Positions 17,966 through 26,714 of a stretch of 64,000 nucleotides of DNA are shown here, piece after piece. Below the pieces are notes generated by a model. The model was not told the DNA's origin, did no database searches, and saw only the letters and a list, made by a program, of their open reading frames with translations. The DNA lies in the NCBI GenBank assembly GCA_002375895.1, contig DFND01000043.1, positions 4,033 through 68,032 on the forward strand. The letters run 5' to 3'. Position numbers and translations under genes: made by a program. Source of the stretch: Firmicutes bacterium UBA3576 (GTDB lineage Bacteria; Bacillota; Sulfobacillia; UBA3569). Within the stretch, counting starts at the first letter, position 1. Each line of letters starts with the position of its first letter.

Positions 17966-18460
17966 TCATCTCTTAGCAAGGGGCTCCATGCCGATGGCTG
18001 CCAACGCCCGCAGGACCAATAGGGCAACCACTCCGCCACCAAGAGCAGTGAAGAGCTGCGGCAGCTGTAGCGCAACGGTCATCGGAGGAGGCAATTCCAG
18101 GATGAGGCGGACGGCGGAGGCCAGGATGAGATACTTGACCACTGACGCAACGGCGACCGCCAGGTACCGGTTCCTCGCCTGCAGCAAACCGAAGATGATG
18201 ACCAAGGATGCGTTGCCGGCCATGATGAAGGGAACGGCTGGCGCGAGTACTGGTTTCAGTATTCCCACGATCAGCGCTATCCAGGGTGTTATGAGGCCGA
18301 TGAAGACCCCGCTTGATATCCCGACCATGGCGGTGGCGATATAGAGCATGGCGTTTACCGCGGGGCCGGTGAAGGCTTGGCCCAGCCTGAGCATTTGAAA
18401 GGCCAGAGTGAGGCCAAGCAATACAGCGGTCCTGGTGAGATACCTGAGCTCAATCTTCAT
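17966..18460 (-). CDS. ECF-transporter S-component-like small membrane protein (substrate unknown)
   Basis: 164 aa with 5-6 predicted TM helices and ECF S-component-like topology; no confident subfamily assignment. Confidence 0.5.
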   Translation of the reverse strand: MKIELRYLTRTAVLLGLTLAFQMLRLGQAFTGPAVNAMLYIATAMVGISSGVFIGLITPWIALIVGILKPVLAPAVPFIMAGNASLVIIFGLLQARNRYLAVAVASVVKYLILASAVRLILELPPPMTVALQLPQLFTALGGGVVALLVLRALAAIGMEPLAKR

Positions 18461-19614
18461 TTATCGTTCCCCTCCTGTCTGCCATCACCAGATACTTCTA
18501 CCTTCCTAATGCCCGTCGGCAGACAACCCAGGTGGTCGACTGAGGCTGTCCCCAGTTCTGATGCCCAGTCCTTGGCCGCCTATTGTTGCGTTTCCGTTGA
18601 TGTGGCCCCTGGCTGCCCAGTGCCCGCTCGCGAGTTGTCGCTTGGTGGCGGACCGGGGTCTCAGCAGAGGCCGCAATGCGCGGGTCAGTATGCCCAACTC
18701 ATGGGCGCTCAGAACACCACAGTTGACCACCGGCACCCCCGCCTCCTTCAGCCTACGTAGCCTGATGAATGCCGTCTCACGGTCAATCCTACTTCCCCCG
18801 CAGTAGATGACTAGCTTTTAGTCCTCTGGGAAATCCTTTCCTGCCGCCGCTTCAAAGTGCAGGCCCCCTCCCAGCCGTTTTCTTAACATGCGAGGAATTT
18901 GCACTCGGCCGTTATCAACACCAAGGGGGCGATGGGCGTCTAGGGCAACCTGATATTAGGCCATCTATTAGACCTCCTGGTCTTACCTTTACACCTACCA
19001 GAGGGAGGGTGCCCCTTCCTGCTTCAACCCCTCTCTAATTTTGCACACCTCTGAAAAACCGCACCCCGACCTGCGCCGCTCCTGGGTCACTGGTTCAGTT
19101 ATTCTACCATGACCTGCTTGTTTGCCAGGTAAGAGGCAGCTTTCTGCGCTGGGTCGTTGTCCACCTTGTATAGTATGTTCATACGCCGTATTTTCTTTTG
19201 CCTTAAATCTTCCCTGGCGCATTGGTGCATAACCGTTAGCTGATCTGTTGCACCTCCACCAAGTCAACCCCTCGCTTGTGAAGGTAGTCAGTGAAGGCTT
19301 CCTTGGTGCAAGATGTTCCTTTATGAGAGCCAGGTTGTGGCCCATCGCCTGGATTATGAGCTTCGGCGGGGGCGCTACTGGATGCCGGGGCCGGTGAGCA
19401 AGAGACGTACATGAAAGTTGTTACGCGAATTGTCTCGGGCTGGTATCGAAGTGGCGTAATCGAGTTCATCAATCTCGGGGGTTTACCTACTTTCTCTTTA
19501 CACGGACTAGGCATTATTGCCTTTTGACAAACTTTTCTGTGGGGATATATAATGGACTGTGGGTCTTTTGGGTCCCAAGTGTATTTTTTTATGCGCAAGG
19601 GGGGAGCGGACCGG

Positions 19615-20856
19615 ATGCGGCAGCGCAGCCAGGCCTTGCTGGCCTTGTTCGTCATTCTCATATTATTCATCGGTTATGTTTTCCTCTACGATAACCCCGT
19701 CCTGGGGCAACCGGCCTACCGGATGGTGAGCCTGGGGCTAGATCTCCAGGGCGGCACCAGGGTCGTCTTACAGGCGGTGGAGGACCCCGAGACCGGTCCG
19801 GTCACAGAGGAGGATATGGTCAAGGCCCTGAGCATTATCAGGTTCAGGGTGGACAAACTCGGCGTATCGGAGCCGGTGATCCAGCGACAGGAGGGCAACC
19901 GCATACTGGTCGAGCTGGCGGGCGTGGAGGACCCGGGGAAGGCCGCCGAGCTCATCGGCAGGACGGCCGTCCTCAAATTCAAGGGGCCTGACGGCGAGGT
20001 CATCATCACCGGTGACGACCTCATCGAGGCCCGGGCGCAGTTCAACAACCGTAACTTGCCGGCGGTGGCGCTGGAGCTCAAGCCTGAGGCCGCGAGGCGT
20101 TTCGCCGAGGCGACCACCAGGCTGGTGGGTCAGCCCATCAGCATCTACCTCGACGACGAGCTCTTGCAGGCGCCGACGGTAACGGAGCCCGGGATCGAAC
20201 AGCCGGAGATATCGCCCTATGCTACCATCGAGGATGCCCAGAACATGGCCGTGTTGCTCAACTCGGGCGCCCTGCCGGTTCCCATGGAGATCATCTCCAA
20301 CCGGACAGTGAGCGCGACCTTGGGCCACGACTCTATCCAGAAGAGCAGGATCGCCGGGCTCATCGGGGTGGCCGCAGTGGTGCTCTTCATGATAATCATG
20401 TACCGGGTTCCCGGGCTGGTGGCCAATTTGGCCTTGGCCATCTACGTAGCCCTGGTGTTCTTCACGCTGATAGCCATCAAAGCGGTGCTCACCCTTCCGG
20501 GCATCGCCGGGCTGATACTGTCCATAGGCATGGCGGTGGACGCCAACGTCATCATCTTCGAGAGGATCAAGGAGGAGCTCCGGGCCGGCAAGACAGTCCG
20601 ATCGGCCGTTGACGCTGGTTTCTCTCGGGCCTTCCGGACGATCCTCGACGCCAACATCACCACCATAATCGGCGCCGCGGTGCTCTTCAGGTTCGGCGCG
20701 GGCCCGGTTAAGGGCTTCGCCCTCATCCTGGCCATCGGCATATTGGCCAGCATGGTGACGGCCATCCTGGTTACCCGATATCTCCTGAGGTTGGCTATTG
20801 ATGCGGGCTGGCTGAACAGCCCCAAAGCCTTTTTCAGTGCGGGGAGGGGACGATAA
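19615..20856 (+). CDS. secD: Protein translocase subunit SecD
   Basis: Periplasmic domain plus 6 TM C-terminal region (LGLDLQGG, VIGPSLG-type motifs). RBS AAGGGGGGAG is 8 nt before ATG 19615; the ORF track begins at 19552. Confidence 0.9.
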   Translation: MRQRSQALLALFVILILFIGYVFLYDNPVLGQPAYRMVSLGLDLQGGTRVVLQAVEDPETGPVTEEDMVKALSIIRFRVDKLGVSEPVIQRQEGNRILVELAGVEDPGKAAELIGRTAVLKFKGPDGEVIITGDDLIEARAQFNNRNLPAVALELKPEAARRFAEATTRLVGQPISIYLDDELLQAPTVTEPGIEQPEISPYATIEDAQNMAVLLNSGALPVPMEIISNRTVSATLGHDSIQKSRIAGLIGVAAVVLFMIIMYRVPGLVANLALAIYVALVFFTLIAIKAVLTLPGIAGLILSIGMAVDANVIIFERIKEELRAGKTVRSAVDAGFSRAFRTILDANITTIIGAAVLFRFGAGPVKGFALILAIGILASMVTAILVTRYLLRLAIDAGWLNSPKAFFSAGRGR

Positions 20857-20859
20857 GCC

Positions 20860-21720
20860 ATGAAGATCATGAACAAGAGGACCATATGGTTTTCCATATC
20901 CGCCGTGATGATCGCCATAAGCATCTTCTCCCTGCTGACCAACGGGCTGAACCTGGGAGTGGACTTCACCGGGGGCTCCTTCATGGCGCTCACCTTCGAG
21001 CGTGAGGTCACCCTCGCCGAGGTCAGGGACGTTCTGGCCGATTTCGGCATGGCGAAGAGCGGCCTCCAGCGCGACCAGGCCGACCCCGCCACGGTGTTCA
21101 TAAGGACGCCGCGGTTGGACGAAGAGCGGCGGGTGGAGATAATCCACGCCCTCGAGGAGAGGGTGGGGGACATAGTGGCCGAGGACGTGTACATGGTGTC
21201 GGGGATCATCAGCGAGGAGCTGACCCGCCAGGCCCTCATGGCGCTGGCCATCGCGGCGGTGGCCATGCTGGTGTACATCACCTTCCGCTTCGAGTTCAGG
21301 TTCGGACTGGCGGCCATAGTGGCCCTGCTGCATGATGCGCTGATCACCATCGGTTTCTTCTCCGTCCTGGGGATCGAGGTCACGGGGGCCTTCGTGGCCG
21401 GCATACTGACGGTCATCGGCTACTCCATCAACGACACCATCGTGGTCTTCGACCGCATCAGGGAGAACGTGAAGTACCGGAAGAAGGAGACCTTCGCGCA
21501 GGTGGCCGACAAGAGCATATCCCAGACCATCGTGAGGTCCATAAACACCTCCCTGACCACGCTCTTGGCCGTCACGGCCCTGTACGCCTTCGGCGGGCGG
21601 ACCATCAAGGACTTCTCCCTCGCACTCATGGTGGGGATCCTGATCGGCACCTATTCGTCCATCTTCCTCGCCAGCCCGCTGTGGGTTATGTTGCGCGAGC
21701 GGGGTCGTGCCGCGAGGTAG
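20860..21720 (+). CDS. secF: Protein translocase subunit SecF
   Basis: SecF family (GVDFTGG, IGYSINDTIVVFDRIRE); 286 aa; 3 nt after secD. Confidence 0.9.
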   Translation: MKIMNKRTIWFSISAVMIAISIFSLLTNGLNLGVDFTGGSFMALTFEREVTLAEVRDVLADFGMAKSGLQRDQADPATVFIRTPRLDEERRVEIIHALEERVGDIVAEDVYMVSGIISEELTRQALMALAIAAVAMLVYITFRFEFRFGLAAIVALLHDALITIGFFSVLGIEVTGAFVAGILTVIGYSINDTIVVFDRIRENVKYRKKETFAQVADKSISQTIVRSINTSLTTLLAVTALYAFGGRTIKDFSLALMVGILIGTYSSIFLASPLWVMLRERGRAAR

Positions 21721-22468
21721 CGTGATGGTCCCGATGGGAGGAGAGGAGGCGGCGCGTCGGGCCTGAGGCCAACAGCCGTCCTCCTTGGAAGAGCAGGGCC
21801 CTGCCGTCTAAACGGCGGGCCTGTTCTATGTCATGGGTCACCACTACCACCGTGAGGTCCCGGGCTAGGCGCGCGATCAAACCCTCTACGCGCGCTGCCG
21901 CCAAGGGGTCAAGGGCGGAGGTCGGCTCGTCCATGAGCAGGACCTCGGGGCGGACGGCCAGGGCTCGGGCGATGCACAGCCTCTGCTGCTGTCCGCCCGA
22001 CAGCCGGTGAGCCGGGGCCCGCAGCCTGTTCTTCACCTCCTCCCACAGGCCGGCCTGTTCCAGGCTCCAGCGGACGATCTCATCGAGGTGACGGCGGGGT
22101 GTCCCGTGTCGGCGGGGACCGTAGGCCACGTTGTCGTAGATCGATAGCGGGAAGGGGTTTGGCTTCTGGAAGACCAGCCCCACCCGCCGCCTTATCTCTG
22201 GGACGTTGGTCCCGGGGGCGTAGATGTCCCGGTTGTCGAGGAATACCTTGCCGTAGACGAACATCCCCACGACGGCGTCGTGCATGCGGTTGAGGGCCCG
22301 CAGGAAGGTCGTCTTGCCCGATCCCGAAGGCCCAAGGATCACGGTGATGCCCGGGTAGATGTCGACTGAGACGCTGCCCAGGATGCGCTCCCGGCGGTAG
22401 AAGACCTCGAGGTGCCGCACCCGGATCTTGGGCCGTCTTCCGTCGACTTGAACCGTCAAGACCATCAC
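21686..22468 (-). CDS. pstB: Phosphate ABC transporter ATP-binding protein PstB
   Basis: Walker A GPSGSGKTT, LSGGQQQRL signature, Walker B LLMDEPTSALD; 260 aa; its 3' end overlaps the secF 3' end convergently. Confidence 0.9.
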   Translation of the reverse strand: MMVLTVQVDGRRPKIRVRHLEVFYRRERILGSVSVDIYPGITVILGPSGSGKTTFLRALNRMHDAVVGMFVYGKVFLDNRDIYAPGTNVPEIRRRVGLVFQKPNPFPLSIYDNVAYGPRRHGTPRRHLDEIVRWSLEQAGLWEEVKNRLRAPAHRLSGGQQQRLCIARALAVRPEVLLMDEPTSALDPLAAARVEGLIARLARDLTVVVVTHDIEQARRLDGRALLFQGGRLLASGPTRRLLSSHRDHHATSRHDPARAT

Positions 22469-23307
22469 CTCCTTTCACCCAGATAGCGTCGGCGAAGGAC
22501 CACTCCAACGGAGCTCAGGGCCAGGACGAGCAGGAGCAGGCAGAGCGCCACGGCCGCCTTGCGCGGTTCAGAGGCCCCGGCCACGGTGGTCGACAGGACG
22601 TAGAGGTGGTAGGAGAGGGCCATGACCTGATCGTTGACCGTGCGCGGGAGGTCGGTGAGGTAGAAGGCGGCCCCTGTGAACAGGATGGGCGCCGTCTCGC
22701 CCGCTGCCCGACCCAGCGCCAGGACCGTGCCCGTGACCAGGCCTGGGGCCGCCTGGGGTAGGACGAGGTGCCGGATGGTCTGCACCCTGGTGCATCCCAG
22801 GGCCAGGCTGGCCTCCCGCCACTCGGAGGGGACCGACGCCAGGGCGGCCTCCGCGCAGGCGATGATGAGGGGGAGGACCAGTAGGGTGAGGGTCAGGGAA
22901 GCCGCGAGCAAGGAGCTTCCGAAGCCGAGCAGCAGCACGAAGACCCCCAGTCCAAACAGGCCGAAGACTACCGACGGGATCCCCGACAGGGTGAACAGGG
23001 CCGCGCGGATCAGGCGCGCGAGGGGCCCCTCGGGGGAGAACTCCACCAGGTAGATGGCGGTGGCGAGCCCCGGCGGCAGCGATAGCAGCGCAGTGAGGCC
23101 CACCAGGCAGGCCGTGCCGTAGATGGCGGGCAGGATGCCTCCCCCCCGCAGGCCGTCTGAGGGGTAGGAGATAAGGAGACTCCAACTCAACGCCGGCAGG
23201 GCCTTTACGAGAAGGTAGGCCAGCAGGGCAACGGGTATGGCCAGGATGGCAAGGGCCGTCACCGTCACGAGGCCCAGGGCGGCGGCGTGGACGACTGCTC
23301 TGGTCAC
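22465..23307 (-). CDS. pstA: Phosphate ABC transporter permease PstA
   Basis: ABC permease TM pattern; GTG start overlapping the pstC stop (GTGA). The ORF track extends to 23412 by read-through into pstC. Confidence 0.8.
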   Translation of the reverse strand: MTRAVVHAAALGLVTVTALAILAIPVALLAYLLVKALPALSWSLLISYPSDGLRGGGILPAIYGTACLVGLTALLSLPPGLATAIYLVEFSPEGPLARLIRAALFTLSGIPSVVFGLFGLGVFVLLLGFGSSLLAASLTLTLLVLPLIIACAEAALASVPSEWREASLALGCTRVQTIRHLVLPQAAPGLVTGTVLALGRAAGETAPILFTGAAFYLTDLPRTVNDQVMALSYHLYVLSTTVAGASEPRKAAVALCLLLLVLALSSVGVVLRRRYLGERR

Positions 23308-24239
23308 GGCCACCGCCTCGCTCCGGCCAGGAGGTTGAGGCTCAGGGTAATGGCCAGCAGTATCAACCCCACCAGGAACAGGGCGTGGTAGTGGTCCGAC
23401 ATCCTGACGCACTCCCCCATCTCCGCGGCGAGGGTGGCGGTCATGGTCCGCACCGGCGAGAGGGGCGCGGGGACTAGCGCCTGCGCGTTACCGGTGAGCA
23501 TGAGGACCGCCATGGTCTCGCCCATCACCCGTCCGGTCCCCATGAGGCCGGCCGATAGCAGCCCGCGTCGGGCCAACAGGGCCACGGTGAGCACTACCTC
23601 CCATCTGGTGGCTCCCAGGGCCGAAGCGGCCTCACGCAGGTCGGCGGGCACGGCCCTCAGAGCGTCGATGGAGACGGCGGTTACGGTCGGCAGGGCCATG
23701 GCCGCCAGGACCACCGCGGCCGTGAGCGCCGTGAGCCCGGTGGGGAGGTCGAGGAGGTCCTTGATCCCGGGGGCGATGAGCGAGAGCCCGAGATACCCCC
23801 ACACGACGGAGGGGACCGCGGCCGTCAGCTCCACGAGGGCCCTGCTCGCCTCCTGCCACGGGCCCGCCGCGACCTCGGAGATGAAGAGCGCACAGATCAC
23901 GCCCAGGGGAAGCCCGCCGACGAGGGCCAGAGACGTCACGGTCCAGGACCCGCTTATGAGGGGTGCGAGGCCGAACCTGGGGGGATCAGAGGTGGGAGCC
24001 CACACGGTGTCCAGGAAGGGTCCCAGACCCCTTCGCAGGGCAGGGAGGGCCTCTGTGAGGACCAGCGTGATTATCCCGGCCAGCACGATGACGGCCGTGA
24101 AGGCCCCCAGGCGAATGGCCAGTTCCAGCGCCCTCTCCTCTGCCCTCATACTGCTCCTCCTGCGGGGATTGTCCTCTTTAATGTATACGCCCGCTTGGCC
24201 TTGATAGACCGTCGATGGGATGTTAAAATAAAGGTACAA
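23304..24239 (-). CDS. pstC: Phosphate ABC transporter permease PstC
   Basis: PstC-type permease (EAA-like loop region); 311 aa. Confidence 0.85.
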   Translation of the reverse strand: MYLYFNIPSTVYQGQAGVYIKEDNPRRRSSMRAEERALELAIRLGAFTAVIVLAGIITLVLTEALPALRRGLGPFLDTVWAPTSDPPRFGLAPLISGSWTVTSLALVGGLPLGVICALFISEVAAGPWQEASRALVELTAAVPSVVWGYLGLSLIAPGIKDLLDLPTGLTALTAAVVLAAMALPTVTAVSIDALRAVPADLREAASALGATRWEVVLTVALLARRGLLSAGLMGTGRVMGETMAVLMLTGNAQALVPAPLSPVRTMTATLAAEMGECVRMSDHYHALFLVGLILLAITLSLNLLAGARRWP

Positions 24240-24247
24240 ACAAGATC

Positions 24248-24334
24248 AGCCGGTCGGCACAGCCGACGTCGGGCGGGCCTTGTGCAACGGGAAAGCACCC
24301 GTGGGACTTCATAACGAGTCTTGCGGGTTTTTTT
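24248..24334 (+). promoter_or_regulatory. Structured leader with intrinsic terminator upstream of the CDF transporter gene (candidate metal, czcD/NiCo-type, riboswitch or attenuator)
   Basis: Promoter TTGATA-17-TAAAAT lies just upstream, at about 24211-24239. The leader has hairpins GUCGGC-ACA-GCCGAC and GUGC-AACGGGAAA-GCAC. A terminator stem sits at 24298-24327 followed by TTTTTTT at 24328-24334, immediately before the RBS. Confidence 0.4.
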
Positions 24335-24351
24335 ATGCGGGAGGAGATACG

Positions 24352-25239
24352 GTGGAGCTTGAGCGGAGGACGAGGGATGCCGCCTTCGGCGCATGGTTGG
24401 GGATCTTCGTCAACGTCCTGCTGGCGGCGGGCAAGATGACGGCGGGAGTGCTGGCCGGCAGCGTCGGTATGGTTGCCGACGCCGCGCACAGCGCATCCGA
24501 CGTGCTGGCCTCCGGTGTGGTCCTGCTGGGCGTGCGGGTCGCCGGCCGGCCGGCGGATTCCTGTCACCCCTACGGTCACGCCAAAGCCGAGGCCATCGCC
24601 GCCAAGATCGTGGCCATACTCCTCCTTCTGGCCGCGGTGAACATAGGCTGGTCGTCGCTGCGCGCCATCTTGAACGGAGTCGCTGCACCTCCGGGCAGCC
24701 TGGCCCTGTGGGCCGCGGCGGCTTCGATTCTGGTGAAGGAGGCGCTCTTCCAGTACAAGATCAAGCTCGGGAGGCGTCTCAGGAGCCAGGCGGTGATCGC
24801 TAACGCCTGGGAGCACCGTTCGGACGTCCTGTCCTCGGTGGCAGTTCTGGTAGGCGTCGCCGGCGCTCGGGCTGGGTACCCGCTGCTCGACCCCGTGGCG
24901 GGGTTGTTGGTGTCGGTCATGGTGGCGCGCATCGGCTGGACGATGGCCACGGAGGCGGTGGACGACCTGATGGACGGGATGGCGGGCGACGGGATCATGG
25001 TGGCCATCGTTGACGCCGCTCGCCGCATCGACGGCGTCCTGGAGATCCATGACGTACGCGCCCGCAGGATGGGCCACAAGGTCTTGGTTGATATGAAGAT
25101 AGGGGTGGACGAGAACATGACGGTGGCGGCCAGCCACGGCGTCGCGCACCGTGTGAAAGACGCCGTGATGGCCAGGGTCGAGGAGGTGTCCGACGTCCTC
25201 GTCCACGTCAACCCCGTCAAGAGGATGAACGAGGGATAG
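24352..25239 (+). CDS. Cation diffusion facilitator (CDF) family metal efflux transporter
   Basis: Six TM helices plus a C-terminal cytoplasmic domain; HxxxD-type motifs (AAHSASDVL, HRSDVL). Probable GTG start at 24352 after GGAGGAG; the ORF-track start at 24280 would include the terminator. Confidence 0.8.
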   Translation: MELERRTRDAAFGAWLGIFVNVLLAAGKMTAGVLAGSVGMVADAAHSASDVLASGVVLLGVRVAGRPADSCHPYGHAKAEAIAAKIVAILLLLAAVNIGWSSLRAILNGVAAPPGSLALWAAAASILVKEALFQYKIKLGRRLRSQAVIANAWEHRSDVLSSVAVLVGVAGARAGYPLLDPVAGLLVSVMVARIGWTMATEAVDDLMDGMAGDGIMVAIVDAARRIDGVLEIHDVRARRMGHKVLVDMKIGVDENMTVAASHGVAHRVKDAVMARVEEVSDVLVHVNPVKRMNEG

Positions 25240-25319
25240 GCGCTCGGAAATTCCTGCCGTCCCCCCTCTGACATATTGCACCGGGGCGTGGTTAAACTAT
25301 AGAAACGCGCGGTGACTCT

Positions 25320-26714
25320 ATGTCTGAGGGGGCTGTTCTTTTGAGGGATTACGCGCATCTCATCCGCCACCCGGGGGTGGAGAACCTGTTCCGGGCCCTG
25401 GAGATGGCGGTCCTTTCGACCTACGTGGGTAAGCCGCTCCACCTTCACGCTCAGGGCCTGAGGGGCACGGGTAAGACCACTATTATGCGCAGCGTGAGAT
25501 CCATCCTCCCGAGGATCCTCCGCATCAAGGGGTGTATATACAACTGCCATCCGCGCGCCCCTCACTGTCCCGCCCATCGGGATCTGCCCGTCGAGGCGAT
25601 CCTGGAGCTGGGACAGGAGGAGATCGTTATGCCCTTCCTCGAGATCTCGGCGTCGGCGAAGATCGGGACGGTGGTGGGCACCATCGACCTCGAGAGGCTA
25701 ACCGCAGCAGAGGGCGCAAAGGCCGTCCTCTTGCCCGGGACCATTCCCTTGGCCCACCGCGGGATAATCCTCGTGGACGAGATAAACCGGCTGGCGGATA
25801 TCGCGCCGGAGCTCGCCGACGTACTGTTGGACGTGATGGGGACCAAGCCCGGCCGAATACAGGTTGAGGAGACAGGCCTGCCGCGAGTGGAGATGAGCGT
25901 GACCGTATCCGTCTGGGCGGCCTCCAACCCGGACGAGGACCCCGGGCCTCTCGAGGAGATCCGGCGCCAGCTGTCGGACCGCTTCGACCTGTCCATCACC
26001 GTCTCCCGCCCGGGCCGCCAGGACGTGGTCAAGAGGATCTTGTTCGGACCGTCGAGGTCGGCAGTCCCACAGGCGGCGCCCGACTTCGCGGCACTGGCGG
26101 GATTGGTGCCGCGGGTTAAGGTTCCGGAGCAGATTAAGGACCTGGTGGCCTCCATCTACGTGGACTTCTCCCTGGAGAGCCTACGTGGGGTGGAGGCGAT
26201 GGTGCAGGCGGCTAGGCTCTCGGCCGCCCTCGACGGCCGCACTGAGGTCGCCCGCGAAGATGTGCTGATGGTGGCGCCGCTCGCCCTCGAGCACCGTGTG
26301 GACCCCGCCACCCTCGGCCGGATCACCAACCGCATCCGGACCTCGGGCGAGAACTCAGGCGAGGTGGCCGGACAGAGGCCGACCGGGGTGACGGCCAACC
26401 CCGAGCGCACACCGGAGAGGGAGGAGCAGCGGGGCGGACTCATCAGGAGGCTGGGAGCGACCCTGCGGTCCATGGCCTCAGGCCTCTCCGGGAACGGGGG
26501 CGATGGGCCGCGGGCCCCGGAGCAGGGCGACGGAGAGGCGGACCAGCCGGGGGAGGCGCCCCATGGCCGGCAGGATGACCTCAACAGTCGGCGGACGGGG
26601 GTTCGTCAGGACTGTCCTCCCGGCCCGGGCGCCGGTGACCCGGAGGTAAGAGCTCCCCTCCGTCCCGGACGGGAGATCCTGAGCCTGGACCCTGAGGACT
26701 GGGTAAAGGGGTGA
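25320..26714 (+). CDS. ChlI/BchI-like AAA+ ATPase (magnesium-chelatase subunit I family) with a C-terminal low-complexity tail
   Basis: Walker A GLRGTGKTT, Walker B IILVDEINRL, sensor/arginine-finger region QLSDRFDL; Cys/His-rich insert CIYNCHPRAPHCPAH; 464 aa. Confidence 0.75.
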   Translation: MSEGAVLLRDYAHLIRHPGVENLFRALEMAVLSTYVGKPLHLHAQGLRGTGKTTIMRSVRSILPRILRIKGCIYNCHPRAPHCPAHRDLPVEAILELGQEEIVMPFLEISASAKIGTVVGTIDLERLTAAEGAKAVLLPGTIPLAHRGIILVDEINRLADIAPELADVLLDVMGTKPGRIQVEETGLPRVEMSVTVSVWAASNPDEDPGPLEEIRRQLSDRFDLSITVSRPGRQDVVKRILFGPSRSAVPQAAPDFAALAGLVPRVKVPEQIKDLVASIYVDFSLESLRGVEAMVQAARLSAALDGRTEVAREDVLMVAPLALEHRVDPATLGRITNRIRTSGENSGEVAGQRPTGVTANPERTPEREEQRGGLIRRLGATLRSMASGLSGNGGDGPRAPEQGDGEADQPGEAPHGRQDDLNSRRTGVRQDCPPGPGAGDPEVRAPLRPGREILSLDPEDWVKG

